Shown here piece after piece: positions 1-11,758 of a DNA stretch of 49,724 bases. The translations under genes were made by a program, and so were the position numbers. The stretch is from Octopus bimaculoides (lineage: Eukaryota): NCBI RefSeq assembly GCF_001194135.2, contig NC_069001.1:884306-934029 (forward strand), read 5' to 3'. Numbering within the stretch: position 1 is the first letter of the stretch; every line of letters starts with the position of its first letter. Below the pieces are notes generated by a model. That model saw nothing but the letters and a program-made list of their open reading frames with translations, was not told the origin of the DNA and did not search any database.

Positions 1-235
1 TGTAAAAGCATAACAAATCAGTCATTTCATCATGTCAAACCCTTACTCCCTACACATTTTGTCTCTCTCCATTTTTCTTTTCTTTCTCTCAGTCCTTTCT
101 GCCAAAGAGCATGGGTTCAAAACATCAAAGACTTTCCCATTCTTCCTGAACATCAAACTCATACACCTGCTTGTTGTTCCCTTGCCAGTTTTTGTCCTTT
201 GTTTTCTGTAAATGTGTACTCTACAAAAAGCATTC
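1..235 (+). mobile_element. Penelope-like terminal-repeat remnant with a degenerate hammerhead-like motif (91-133); identical copy at 536-770
   Basis: Homologous to 43606-43799 (AAGAGC-NNNG-G(C/T)TC-AAAAC, ..ttgttgtt..ttttgtaaat); layout resembles Penelope-associated minimal hammerheads. Confidence 0.4.
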
Positions 236-254
236 AATAATTCTGGGCACAGGT

Positions 255-437
255 GATGGTGCCACGTAAAAAGCAGTCCACCCTATGAAGTGCTTGGCAT
301 TAGGAAGGGCATCCAGCTGTAGAAACTCTGTCAAATCAGATTGGAGCCTGGTGTAGCCATCTGGTTTCACCAGTCCTCAGTCAAATCGTCCAACCCATGC
401 TAGCATGGAAAGCGGACATTAAACGATGATGATGATG
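255..437 (+). mobile_element. RTE-LINE 3'-tail repeat (young subfamily end), (GAT)n tail
   Basis: cacgtaaaaagca...taggaagggcatccagctgtagaaac...ccatgctagcatggaaagcggac.ttaaacgatgatg; near-identical ends at 11281-11410 and 43417-43585. Confidence 0.8.
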
Positions 438-789
438 TGTGTGTTTGTGTACCCCCTCACCATTGCTTGACAACCGATGTTGATGTGCTTGCGTTCCCAT
501 AACTTAGCAGTTTTTGAAGTCCCCATTTTTCTTCTTGTAAAAGCATAACAAATCAGTCATTTCATCATGTCAAACCCTTACTCCCTACACATTTTGTCTC
601 TCTCCATTTTTCTTTTCTTTCTCTCAGTCCTTTCTGCCAAAGAGCATGGGTTCAAAACATCAAAGACTTTCCCATTCTTCCTGAACATCAAACTCATACA
701 CCTGCTTGTTGTTCCCTTGCCAGTTTTTGTCCTTTGTTTTCTGTAAATGTGTACTCTACAAAAAGCATTCAATAATTCTGGGCACAGGT

Positions 790-975
790 GATGGTGCCAC
801 GTAAAAAGCAGTCCACCCTATGAAGTGCTTGGCATTAGGAAGGGCATCCTGCTGTAGAAACCCAGTCAAACCAGACTGTGGAACTTGGTTGGTGTGGCTC
901 ATGGCCTTGCCAGCTCCTGTCAAACCATCCAACCCATGCCAGCATGGAAAACAGATATTAAATGATGATGATGTG
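790..975 (+). mobile_element. RTE-LINE 3'-tail repeat (older subfamily)
   Basis: Same aggaagggcatc/tagaaa/ccatgccagcatggaa/ttaaatgatgatg landmarks. Confidence 0.75.
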
Positions 976-1377
976 TATAATTCACACATACAGATATGAA
1001 GTGGATGTCTGAGAAAAATGATGTTATAGATTTAGGTAGAAAGTTCTCAAATATTATTTTGCTTTTAAAAAGTCGGTATTTGTGGAAGAGTGTGTTTTTG
1101 TATTTATATTTTCTAATGTTTGAGTTGTGTTTGGTTATTTTTGAAAACAGAAATCATGAGAAAATCTGAAATTTGAACCTGAGTTAAAGTTCAATACAAA
1201 ATAATCAAACTAAATATAAATAAAACAAAAACGCTGGAGTTATTGATTTGGATTCAAATTTCAAAATGAAGATTTGTCACCTTTTCTAATTATAGTTTAA
1301 GTATCATCGCATTTTGAAATCTCAAACTGAAGAATAAAAAGAGAAAATTAAAAAATAAATGGAAACTGTTTCAAGGC

Positions 1378-1580
1378 ACAGGCATGGCTGTGTGGTTAAG
1401 AAGCTTGCTTTGGAACCACATGGTTTTGAGATCAATCCCACACCACAGCATCTTTGGTGAGTGTCTTCTATAACTGCAGGCAAACCTATGCTTTGTAAAT
1501 TTGGTAGACAGAAACTGAGTGGAAGCCCTGTGTGTGTATGTGTCTCTCTCTCTCCCACTGCTTGACAATCTTTTGATATC
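1378..1580 (+). mobile_element. tRNA-headed SINE, family B (caggcatggctgtgtggt.aagaag...); other copies at ~2880-3000(-), 3580-3720(+), 5635-5760(-), 15318-15570(+), 20485-20560(-), 21860-22000(-), 37950-38050(+), 40335-40465(+), 41125-41310(+), 46675-46780(+), 48135-48275(-)
   Basis: Pol III A-box-like TGGCTGTGTGG, B-box-like GGTTC(A/G)(G/A)TCC, ccttgggcaagtg core, gtgagtggatttggtagacagaaactg body and (TG)n tail repeated across the window. Confidence 0.8.
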
Positions 1581-2211
1581 AGCCCATCTGAGACTGCCGT
1601 TGATTCTATGAACCACTTGTGCCAAAAAGCAGTCACCAAAAAACAGTCATTAAAAAAAGGCTCAATGTCCAGTCAGCTGGACCAAATGACCCCAACTAAT
1701 CATTTCAGTCTACAAAAACATGGTACATGTTGTCCAACCATACTCACTTGCAAGTGAGTGACAGCTATGGCTATACTAAGGCTTATATGAATAGAGGCAC
1801 GGTCTTAATACCCAAATATCTCATAATTGTTTCTGACCATTTAATTGGTTGCATTTTAGCATTTCTTTTTTTTCTTTTTTTTTTCCTGGACATTTGCCAA
1901 AGAAAGATTTTTCTGATTGGTCTCACCTCATTCATAATCTGTGATTTAATACTTTGGTTGGGTTATCATCAATATTAGAGCTTGTAAAATAGATCTGAGG
2001 TAATCATTTTTAATCTCGGTTCCTAGTTTGTATGCCATGTGTTGTTTTTGTTTTGTTTTTTTTTGTTGTTTTTACTTTTTTTATTTATCATGTGACATTA
2101 TTTTATCATTCATGTGTAATAAATAACTACGTAGGCAAGACTCTAGACTTTCGGTTTGTGAGTTTGAGATTATTTTACTGCAAGAGTCTCATTGTGGACA
2201 AACTACTTAAT

Positions 2212-2271
<60 letters not shown>

Positions 2272-2814
2272 NNNNNNNNNNNNNNNNNNNNNNNNNNNNN
2301 NNNNNNNNNNNNNNNNNNNNNNNNNNNNNNNNNNNNNNNNNNNNNNNNNNNNNNNNNNNNNNNNNNNNNNNNNNNNNNNNNNNNNNNNNNNNNNNNNNNN
2401 NNNNNNNNNNNNNNNNNNNNNNNNNNNNNNNNNNNNNNNNNNNNNNNNNNNNNNNNNNNNNNNNNNNNNNNNNNNNNNNNNNNNNNNNNNNNNNNNNNNN
2501 NNNNNNNNNNNNNNNNNNNNNNNNNNNNNNNNNNNNNNNNNNNNNNNNNNNNNNNNNNNNNNNNNNNNNNNNNNNNNNNNNNNNNNNNNNNNNNNNNNNN
2601 NNNNNNNNNNNNNNNNNNNNNNNNNNNNNNNNNNNNNNNNNNNNNNNNNNNNNNNNNNNNNNNNNNNNNNNNNNNNNNNNNNNNNNNNNNNNNNNNNNNN
2701 NNNNNNNNNNNNNNNNNNNNNNNNNNNNNNNNNNNNNNNNNNNNNNNNNNNNNNNNNNNNNNNNNNNNNNNNNNNNNNNNNNNNNNNNNNNNNNNNNNNN
2801 NNTATATACACACA

Positions 2815-2882
<68 letters not shown>

Positions 2883-3711
2883 GGGCTTCTTTTGATTTCT
2901 GTCTACTAAATCCACTCACAAGGCTTTGGTTGGCCTGAGGCTACAGTAGGAAACACTTTCCTGAGGTGCCGTGCTGTAGGACTGAACCCAGAACCACTAT
3001 GCACACACATACTATACTCACACACACACTATACACACACCATACACACACACCATATACACTCACGGTGGGTGTGGGTATGTGTGTATATATATATTTA
3101 CATGTTTCCGCTTATGAAAACAAGATTGACCTTTCCTGTTGTGTTGAATGCCATTAGAAATGTTAAGAGTTACTTGTGTTAACTTTGAGTGCAGTTGAGT
3201 GACTAGGATTTGCTCTCTCGTTTTGTTGCAAGCGTCGACAACACCCTCAAGGAAAAAAAATAAATAAATAAAATACAAATCTAAAGACAATGATTCTAGG
3301 AAGCATGAGTACCAAATGTTGGTTCTTGTGTAAATCTGGATTCAGCTTCATGTTACAAAGCAGCAGAACATGTTAATAAACGATACCTGGTAGGCATTTA
3401 AAAAAAAAAAAAAAAAAGAGGAAAAATCTAAAAAGAAAAAGGAAAAAATGGTGTGGGAAGAGAATGTAATGTGCGATTTGAGCATTGCTAAAAAAATGGT
3501 AATGTAGACCATTCTTATAGTTCCATCCAGCCTACGCCACCTGGGAAAATTAGATGTTAATATTATGATGGTAAATTGCAGTTGTGGCTGTGTGGTTAAG
3601 AAGCTTGCTTCCCAATCGTGTCTTCTTTGGTTCAGTCCCACTGCATGGACAAATGTTCTACTAGAGTCTGGGCTGTGAGTGGATTTGGGAGACAGACACT
3701 GAAAGAAGCTC

Positions 3712-3751
<40 letters not shown>

Positions 3752-3884
3752 AACCAAAGTCTTAGTAAGTAGGAAGGCAGACAAATCACAAATCTCTTCA
3801 GGTAGATGGCCCTGCTCAAGATGTAGAGAAGGTAGACACTTCATAAGATGCACCTGGTGTAATCTATGGACAACATAAAAGGTG

Positions 3885-4040
3885 CATCAATAACTTAGTG
3901 GTTTGGCAAAACGGACTAATAAGTACCAGGCTTATAGAAAAAAGGTACTGGGGTCAGTTCACTCAACTAAAAACTCTTCAAAGTGGTGCCCCAGCATGAC
4001 CATGGCCTAATGACTGCAACAAGCGAAAGATAAAAGATAT
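3885..4040 (+). mobile_element. SINE 3' segment (aacttag.ggtt.ggcaaaa...ccagcatg.cc.cag..aatgactg.aac); related copies 12000-12205, 24205-24255
   Basis: Repeated sequence seen at three or more positions. Confidence 0.65.
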
Positions 4041-4851
4041 ATGTATAGAAAGAAAAGGTTTAAAAAAATAATGATGTTAGGGAGACTATTAAATATGTCA
4101 CATGAATGACCTAGATTACTCAAAAAACCCCAACCAAACCCTGCGTTATTGGAATATAAAAATCTGCGTTGCCCTTTGCCATTTGCAGAAGGCTCAAGAT
4201 AAACAACAACAAAAAAATTCCCCACTTCTTCATATTTAACAAGGAATTGGTTGTCCACTCTAAGATAAGCTTGAGTTTGTAAACAACTTGATTGGTTGAA
4301 GGAAATTTCATTTCAGTGGTAGTGGCTGAGGTATATACACCCTTTCCTTCATATACATACATGCACACATTCTCTTCTCCACCTTTTCCTCTTACCTCGT
4401 TTTTGTCTTTTTTAATGAAAGCACTTCTTTCCCTCCTTGAAACCTCGATGGGTGCACTTGTGTGTGTGTGTGTGTGATACTGCTAGTGTGCACCTCCAAA
4501 TCCCAACCCTGTATGTTTCTGTTTATGTGTGTATTTTTAGGAAAATGTGTGTGTGTGTGTAGGTGGTTATTTTGTTGCTACACACACACACACACACACA
4601 CACTCACACATGCATATACTAACATTTTGGTAATGGAGGGTCTTAAAATTACACTCACTTGCAGAGCGCTCCTAACTCTGGCAACTTCATCTCATAATAT
4701 GTCTATTTAGGTCAACTATATTTTCTCAGTGCTTCCTTAATTTATTTTTCTGTTGTTCTTTTCCTCTCAAGAAGAAATGTTTTGTCAATTTAACTTCTTA
4801 TACATACATGTGTGGTGTGGGTATCTATGTGTGTGTGTGTGTGTGTATTCA

Positions 4852-4888
<37 letters not shown>

Positions 4889-7169
4889 ACCATGAAACGG
4901 GGTTACTTTGAACAGAGGACTGCATTGTGCTCCAGTGTCTGTTCTACTGCTGGATGCCCTTTTTATTGCACCAGCACTCAGCAATGTGGTACTGTGCACT
5001 TCTTTTCCAGCCACTGGCACGAGTGAGGTCGCACAACAGGGTTCGAAAGCATCAGTAGGTGTTCTAAGGGTTAAAAACTGTGACAAGCTTTTGATGAATG
5101 AAAAATCAGTTGTTTGACTGAGAACATAAATCAGTTGTTTGTTTGTTTGTTTTTTGTAATACAAATAATGTAGAGAGTGTATAATAAAATAGATTACATC
5201 AAAAGAAAGAAGATGAAAGAATAATTGCTAAAAAGAAACAACCAAAGAACAAGAGTTTTTCTTAAGTGGTTCAAAGGCCAACTTGAATCTAATTAACAAC
5301 CAAAGAAAATCCAGAAGATTGATGGTTAAAGAGCAGGTGCTAGAGATAAACTTACTGCCTACCTGAATGAATTCATCATCATCGTCATTGAATAGGTCGG
5401 ATGGAGTTTATTGAGGCAGATTTTTTATGACTGGATGCCGTTGTCACCAGCCCTCACCTGCTTTCAAATGAGTTAATATTTACATCCATGTCCAGACATA
5501 TTTTTACCAAATATTCGGAATGAATGACACTGCTTGTATGACAATGACACTCGTTTACAACAATTACATCATGTGATATCAAGTCAAGGAGAAACAACCG
5601 CAGACACATGCACATTCACACCCATATATGATGGGCTTCTTTCAGCTTTTGTCTACTTATAAGGCTATTGTAGAAGACGCCTTACATGTCAAGCTGTGTG
5701 CTTAAATGGTCTGCTTCTCAACCACACTGTCTTGAGTTCAGTCCCCAGCACACCTGTCTCTTTTGGACCTTTTTATCTTTTTTGTTTTTGCCGGCTTAAC
5801 AAAAGGATGAAGACAACCCACCCCCACGTTACTTTTCTCTCTGTAGGGCCTCTGTAATTTATGAAGCANNNNNNNNNNTCTGTAGGGCCTCTGTAATTTA
5901 TGAAGCAAAAAAAAAAAAAGAAAAAGAACAAAGAGCCTGAAGAAATGCCCCTAAGCATTTTGTCAGACACATGAATGGTTCTACCAGAGTGCTGCCATTG
6001 TCGCTGTACTACTATTACTACTACTACTACTGCTAATAATAATAATAATAACAACAACAGTAACTTGAAGGGTATTCCCTTGTATTTTTGATATTCCCAA
6101 ATTTCCTGAGTAATTCTTAGAACATGACATTAATCATAATTTTAATGATAGCAAAAATGACTGATAAATTCTATTGCAATTGTGCTGTAATTGGTGGCGC
6201 CATAAACAGCTGCAATTATCAGCCTGCTCCTTCAGTCATCCATCCTAAAGCACTGATGGGTAGAAAACAATTTTTTTGACAGTTTACAAGAAAATTATTT
6301 CCCTGAACCTTAATGGTGTTTCTTTTGCATTTGTATTCAATATCTTATTTATATATGTGTGTATTTTTTTGTTCAGCCATCAGTTGAGAAAAATATCCTA
6401 GGGCTGCCATCTGCTTAGAAGACTAATAGATAAGTCAGTGCTAATATAATGCAAGGAATAAAACATTGGAAAATATTAGCTCAGTGGTGATGATGATGGG
6501 ATCACAAGTTCCCTCATTCACCATTCACCCTTGTCATGAATGGTCTTATGGAATTTTGTCAATGCTGCTATGGTAGCTGTTTGTGTTAATGAATGAAAAT
6601 ATGTCTTTTGGCTGCGTGAAGAAGTAACTGAACAGCACCTGCAAACATTTAGCAGAAGAATTAATTGCTGTGCATGAAGATAAATTATGCTGGCCATTTA
6701 ACAGTTAACAAAACAATAATTACAGACAAGGCGAGAAGGGAAAACTGTGCCACATTTGAAGAAGTTGCTTCTGAGACATGGTGTGAATGTTTAGTTCAGG
6801 CTGTCCTGGAACCTGGAGTGGTCTGCATAAATGTCTGGAACCGTTGGATGGCGAGAATAGAGGCACATGTTGCTCAGGTGCCTCAGCAGTCTACTTAAGT
6901 AAAAGGTGAAATGTGTGAATGGGTCAGTTGCTCCCAATGCTCAGCAAAGAGTGTTGGCACCAAAATCAGCTTTATTACAGGGTACAGGAAGAAGATTCTA
7001 GAAGATGTGACGGCTTCACACCAATCAACTACTTAATAGACTGATCAAGTGAAACTATTGTCTGACTGGTCACCTGACAGGTTTCAGATTGTCACTACAC
7101 CCTTTTGCTACCCAATTTCTGTTGAAATACTCTGCTTTCATGGAAGACTGGAAATGAGTTCAGTGTGTG

Positions 7170-7622
7170 TGTGTGCATGTGTGCTTACTTTGACCTCACA
7201 TAGTAGTTGTCAATGAGCAGCACTGTCATATATGCAGTGTCCCTCATTTCCAGTCTTCTGTGAAATATCCCCTCTTTTGGAAACCGGTGACAGTTGGCAA
7301 CAAGAATGACATCTGGCCATAGAAAATCTGTCTCAACAAATTCCAAATGCAAGCTTGGAAAAGAGGATGGTACATGATGATGTGTGTGTCTCCTTCTCTT
7401 GATGTCACATGATAGTAGTTGTAAATGATTGTCACCATCATACAAGCAGCGTCATTCATTTGCTATATTCCACAAAAACATGTCTGGCCATGGGGAAATA
7501 TTACCTTCCTTGGAAACAGGTGAGAGCTGGCAACAAGAAGTGCATCTGGTCATTGAAAATCTACCTGAATAAACCCTGTCCAACCCAGGCAAGCATGGAA
7601 AAGGGGACATTAAAATGATGAC
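7170..7622 (+). mobile_element. two tandem copies of SINE family D (tagttgtaaa...catacaagcag.gtc...ccatggggaaatattacctt...) ending in the RTE-type tail; others at 5395-5590(-), 21625-21790(-), 26800-26925(+), 31940-32130(-), 41325-41577(+), 42250-42480(+), 44480-44670(+)
   Basis: Shared body plus ccatgcaagcatggaa...ttaaaatgatg tail. Confidence 0.75.
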
Positions 7623-8055
7623 AAATTTCTTCGGGTAGGACTGAAGAATTTACCACCCACGTCTTACCCATCAATCTTTTGAATTTTCTTTGATTGTTAA
7701 TTACATTCAAAAGGCCCTTTGTACTCCTTGTTTATGAGATCCATTATTCTCTTGTTTCAGCCATCATAAATCATTAATCTTTATTCTTTTGACGTAACCT
7801 ATTTTATCATGTGTCGCTCTTCACTTTTGTCTGAACAAATAAACTTTATTTATATTCCACAATCAGACAGGTCTCCTTCTGTTATCTAGAGCATTGTTGT
7901 TAAGACTATCATGTTTTGAACCTGATAACAATTATTGATGCTTCAGATGCTGTGAAGAAGAAGACATAAAACTTTGTAAAGTTGGACACGTTCTTATGAC
8001 TTCTTTCAACATTATTACACATGCACTTCAGCCGGGTAATTCATAACTGTGTGTG

Positions 8056-8120
<65 letters not shown>

Positions 8121-8334
8121 AGGACAAGTCAATCTCTTGCTACACTGCGTTTTACCTGTAGCTTTCACCTGAAGACCCTTAGCACCCACAGGTTAAACTC
8201 AGAGTAGCAAGAAATTGACTCAACCAAAATAAAAGATATTATTTATCTCTTCTATGATATTAAGTACATATTTTTCATAGTCAAAACTACACACACATGT
8301 TTGCTTAAGAAGCATGCTTCTCAACCATGTGGCA

Positions 8335-8560
8335 TGAGTGCTTTTACATGGTACCAATATGAGTGCTTTTTAGATAGCACCAGCCTAGGACTCTTTCAGG
8401 CCAATCCTCTTCAGAAACGGTGTTGGCCTTTACCCCTTCTGCTGAGATATCTCGATCCATATTCATCTCTTTCATGAGGCTCCATATCTTGAGATTGGCC
8501 CCTAACTACTTCATCCCATGTCTCCCTGTGTCCCCCCCTTCTGCAGGTCCCATTCATTTT
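8335..8560 (-). mobile_element. RTE-clade LINE 3' remnant (end of ORF plus UTR)
   Basis: Minus strand reads with frameshifts NGTCRRG.HRETWDEVV..NLKIWSLMKEMNMDRDI, matching RTE C-terminal GR.R.TW.EVV..DL..L.L...M..DR..W. Confidence 0.65.
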
Positions 8561-8618
8561 AAGGGATCAGCATTTGATATAGCTGTCCTTATTCATATGC
8601 ATCGCAGATGTATGTGTG

Positions 8619-8664
<46 letters not shown>

Positions 8665-8890
8665 AAACTCAAACTAGCATACCGTAGCACATCTCAGCCA
8701 ATAGATTATATTTCATCATTAAAATACTATTATGGCAAATAGTATACAGAATGTATAGGATTCTTTCGATAGCAACATGCCACTAGGATAGGATGGGCAT
8801 GAGAAGGATATGTGTGAATGTGTATGAATATTTATCTATATGTGTGTATATAATGGACATCAAATGATTATATATATGTGTGTGTGTGTG

Positions 8891-8926
<36 letters not shown>

Positions 8927-9159
8927 TATTTGTATTTATGTATAGGTATATATGCATGTCTGTATATGTATACGTAAATTAATACACCTAGCTGGTGATT
9001 GAAGTATAATCTAACTATGATAGTATGTAAAATAACACTAATGGCTAATCATCTAATCTTTATGGTGTTAGTCAATATAAAAAATCTATTTTTAGTTTTG
9101 ATGTCAAAATATTTCATCATATTCTGGTGCTTTGTAAGTAATTTAAAAAAGAAAATACT

Positions 9160-9760
9160 GTTTAACTATTTTGTAACCATATTTCAGTTAAAATATATTG
9201 TTTCTTTCAATTAAGTTTAAGAATGATGAAAAATATAAAAAATCTTTGTCATTATTGAATTGGTGTAAAGGGGTGAGTTGGCAGTATTGTTAGCACCATC
9301 GGCTAAAATGCTTTGTGGTCTTTCATCCATCTCTCCGTTCTCGGTTCAAATTCAGCTGAGGTCAACTTTGTCTTTTATCTTTTTGGGGGTCAGTGAAATA
9401 GTCAAGTGCTGGGGTTCATGTAATCAATTTCACTTTTCCTTCCAAAGAAAAAAAACTGTGCCAAAATTTGAAAACAAATTCACATGGAATTTTGGTGGAA
9501 GATTTGAATTTAGATCCCTTTTAAACTGGAAATCTGTATCATAAAAGGAAGGGCAGTTTCAAAAGAACTAAGAAAGGCATTGCCTGCCATTTCAAACAAC
9601 TACTTAACCATTTTGTTACCATATTTCTGTGCAGATACTGCCCCTGTTTTATGTTTTAATTAATTTTGAAAATAAGAAGAATTTAATAAAATAACTGTCA
9701 TTATTGAACTGGTGTTTGGAACATAAATTAACATGAAAATTTTTTTTTAGCCTGGTACTA
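9160..9760. mobile_element. TTAACC-ended MITE-like family I fragments (ttaacc.ttt.gttaccatatttc...); others 28780-29230, 38090-38260
   Basis: Repeated AT-rich element; start ttaaccattttgttacc at ~9605 and complementary end ggtaacgaaaaaggttgaa at ~28987; interrupted here by a family-C SINE at 9272-9470. Confidence 0.45.
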
Positions 9761-9917
9761 CTAAGGTATGGGGATGTAAACAAACCAACACTGTCATAAT
9801 GCCCCCACCATCTTTTTTAATAATTTGTTGCTTTTCTATACACAAACCAAGAAGGTATCTTGCAGAACAGTCATTATTTTAACGAGATACCTCTTGTAAC
9901 CACCTGAAGAGACACAT

Positions 9918-10195
9918 ATATAGTGATCGGGGTTTCATTTCTTGGACCAAGCAGTGCGTTGTTTTCTTGAGCGAAACACTTCATTTCACATTGCTCCACT
10001 CAGCTCTAACTGAGTGACCCTGCAATGGGCTATCCTCCTGACCAGAGGGAATGTTGATCTGCTCGCTTGGTTAATGGGGTGGTATCGTTCGAAAGCTAAA
10101 ACGATGCAAAATGCATTGTGATCAGCGACGTAGAAGTCTGGTTGATTATGTGATAGTTTGTTTAGCCCTAGGTTAGGCTTGATCAAGTAGGCATC
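9918..10195 (+). mobile_element. tRNA-headed SINE family E (ttcttgagc.aaacacttcattt...); others 18960-19190(-), 38580-38815(-), 49455-49655(-)
   Basis: Shared gagcaa.acacttcattt core and tggtcaagtgg..agag/gttc.attcc-type head in the copies. Confidence 0.65.
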
Positions 10196-10689
10196 ATCAA
10201 AGCTATTCTAACTGTGATTCAGTCGTTCTGTTCCTTTTGTATAACTACATTGTCTTTTTCTTTACTCTGACAGTCAGGTGTCATTGGAGGAAGATTTGGG
10301 TGCTATTTGTGGTATGGTTCATCATATTTTTCTTCATATAGTCTGAAATAATTTGAGGGGAAGTTGGCTGTTATTTCCTGCAGGTGGAGATCTTTTTTTT
10401 TTTTTATAGTCAAGAATAGTTTTAAGGAGATTTGGCTGCTGTTTATAGTGGGTGTGTTTGGTTTTTTTTTTTTTAATTCTTTAACAGTGAGTTGTGATTT
10501 GAGGGAGATTTCACTGCTATTTATAGAAGGTCTTTAAGTTTTATTATTATTATTATTATCTATAAACGATGATGATGATGATTTATGGTGCAGCTGTTAA
10601 CACATCCGAAACTCATAAAGGCAGAGAATTTAGAGAAACGTTAACCACCAGACTGAAATAGCCAATGTACTGCACTCATTAGCACCCTC

Positions 10690-10850
10690 CGCCATCACCA
10701 CCACCACCTAGAAATATGATGGGCCACCTCCAACATTGCCACCACCATTGCCACTGCCACCACCACCACAATTACCACTGCTGACACCACCACCACCACC
10801 ACCACCACCACCATCATCATCCTTATCACCATGATGGGCCACCACCGGTG
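10690..10850 (+). repeat. (CCA)n/(CAT)n trinucleotide tract
   Basis: Direct reading; explains the poly-Gly ORF on the minus strand. Confidence 0.9.
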
Positions 10851-11277
10851 ACAGTAAACATAAATTTACACAGGATATATTAATTGTTGTTTTTGGAACT
10901 ATAGAGGAACATTCCTGATAGAAAGATAATATTTGTGGCTTTTTATTAGAATCTCTAATAAAAGGTCTTTTAGTAAATTCTGATAAGATTATCAGGACAA
11001 AGTATTCCAATAATTATTTAGGTTTTCTTTGAGTGCTTGCTCTTTTTTTTTTTCTTTTTCTTTTATTTAGTTGGTTTGTTGTTATACTTTCTGTTTGCCC
11101 TCCTGGCAGAACCATTACCGGACAAAATGCTCTGTGGCATTTCTTCCAACTTTGTTCTGAGTTCAATCTCCACCAAAGTTGACTTTGCCTTGGAGCCAGT
11201 GCTCAAGCATGGCCACAGGCCAATAACTCAAACAAGATAAATGATCTTTTGCTAGATTTGGAGAGATGTATATGTGT

Positions 11278-11758
11278 ATCATCATCATCATCGTTTAACG
11301 TCCGCTTTCCATGCTAGCATGGGTTGGACGATTTGACTGAGGACTGGTGAAACCGGATGGCAACACCAGGCTCCAATCTAAATTTGGCAGAGTTTCTACA
11401 GCTGGATGCCCTTCCTAATGCCAACCACTCAGAGAGTATAGTAGGTGCTTTTACGTGTCACCTGCACGAAGGCCAGTCAGGTGATACTGGCAACGGCCAC
11501 GCTCGAAATGGTGTCTTTTATGTGCCACCCACACAAGCCAGTCCAGGGGCACTGGCAACGATCTCGCTCGAAAATCCTACGAAGGCCAGTCAGGCGGTAC
11601 TGGCAACGGCCTCGCTCAAAATGGTGCATCTTATGTGCCACCCGCACAAGAGCCAGTCCAGGGGCACTGGCAACAATCTTACTTGGCTTGCCGGGTCTTC
11701 TCACGCACAGCACATTTCCAAAGGTCTCGGTCAGTAGTCATCGCCTCGGTGAGGCCCA
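11278..11758 (-). mobile_element. young 5'-truncated RTE-clade LINE: ORF end GLTEAMTTDRDLWKCAVREKTRQAK*, 3'UTR with 113-bp tandem duplication, (GAT)n tail
   Basis: Intact reading frame over the last 25 codons at ~11681-11758; UTR units start at 11466 and 11579. Confidence 0.85.

Noticed and set aside
1081-1100. TGT GGA AGA (C-G-R) as possible HMCES exon 1
   Set aside because: Preceded by ATT rather than ATG, wrong following residues, and no GT donor in phase 2.
1378-1450. tRNA-like heads as tRNA genes
   Set aside because: No complete cloverleaf; they continue into SINE bodies present in many copies.
2032-2938. Long ORFs spanning N-gaps and (CA)/(CT)/(TA) microsatellites (also 16126-17085, 42611-43539 and the many HTHT/YIYI/CVCV ORFs)
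   Set aside because: Open only because of Ns or stop-free dinucleotide repeats.
5840-5907. 29-bp direct repeat around a 10-N gap (same pattern at 31608-31678)
   Set aside because: Typical unmerged contig overlap; treated as an assembly artefact.
8381-8416. Minus-strand CTGAAGA...GAAA...GTC resembling a hammerhead core
   Set aside because: Stems I and III cannot pair; lies within an RTE remnant.
10708-11010. Gly-rich 100-aa ORF
   Set aside because: Product of the (CCA)n tract.
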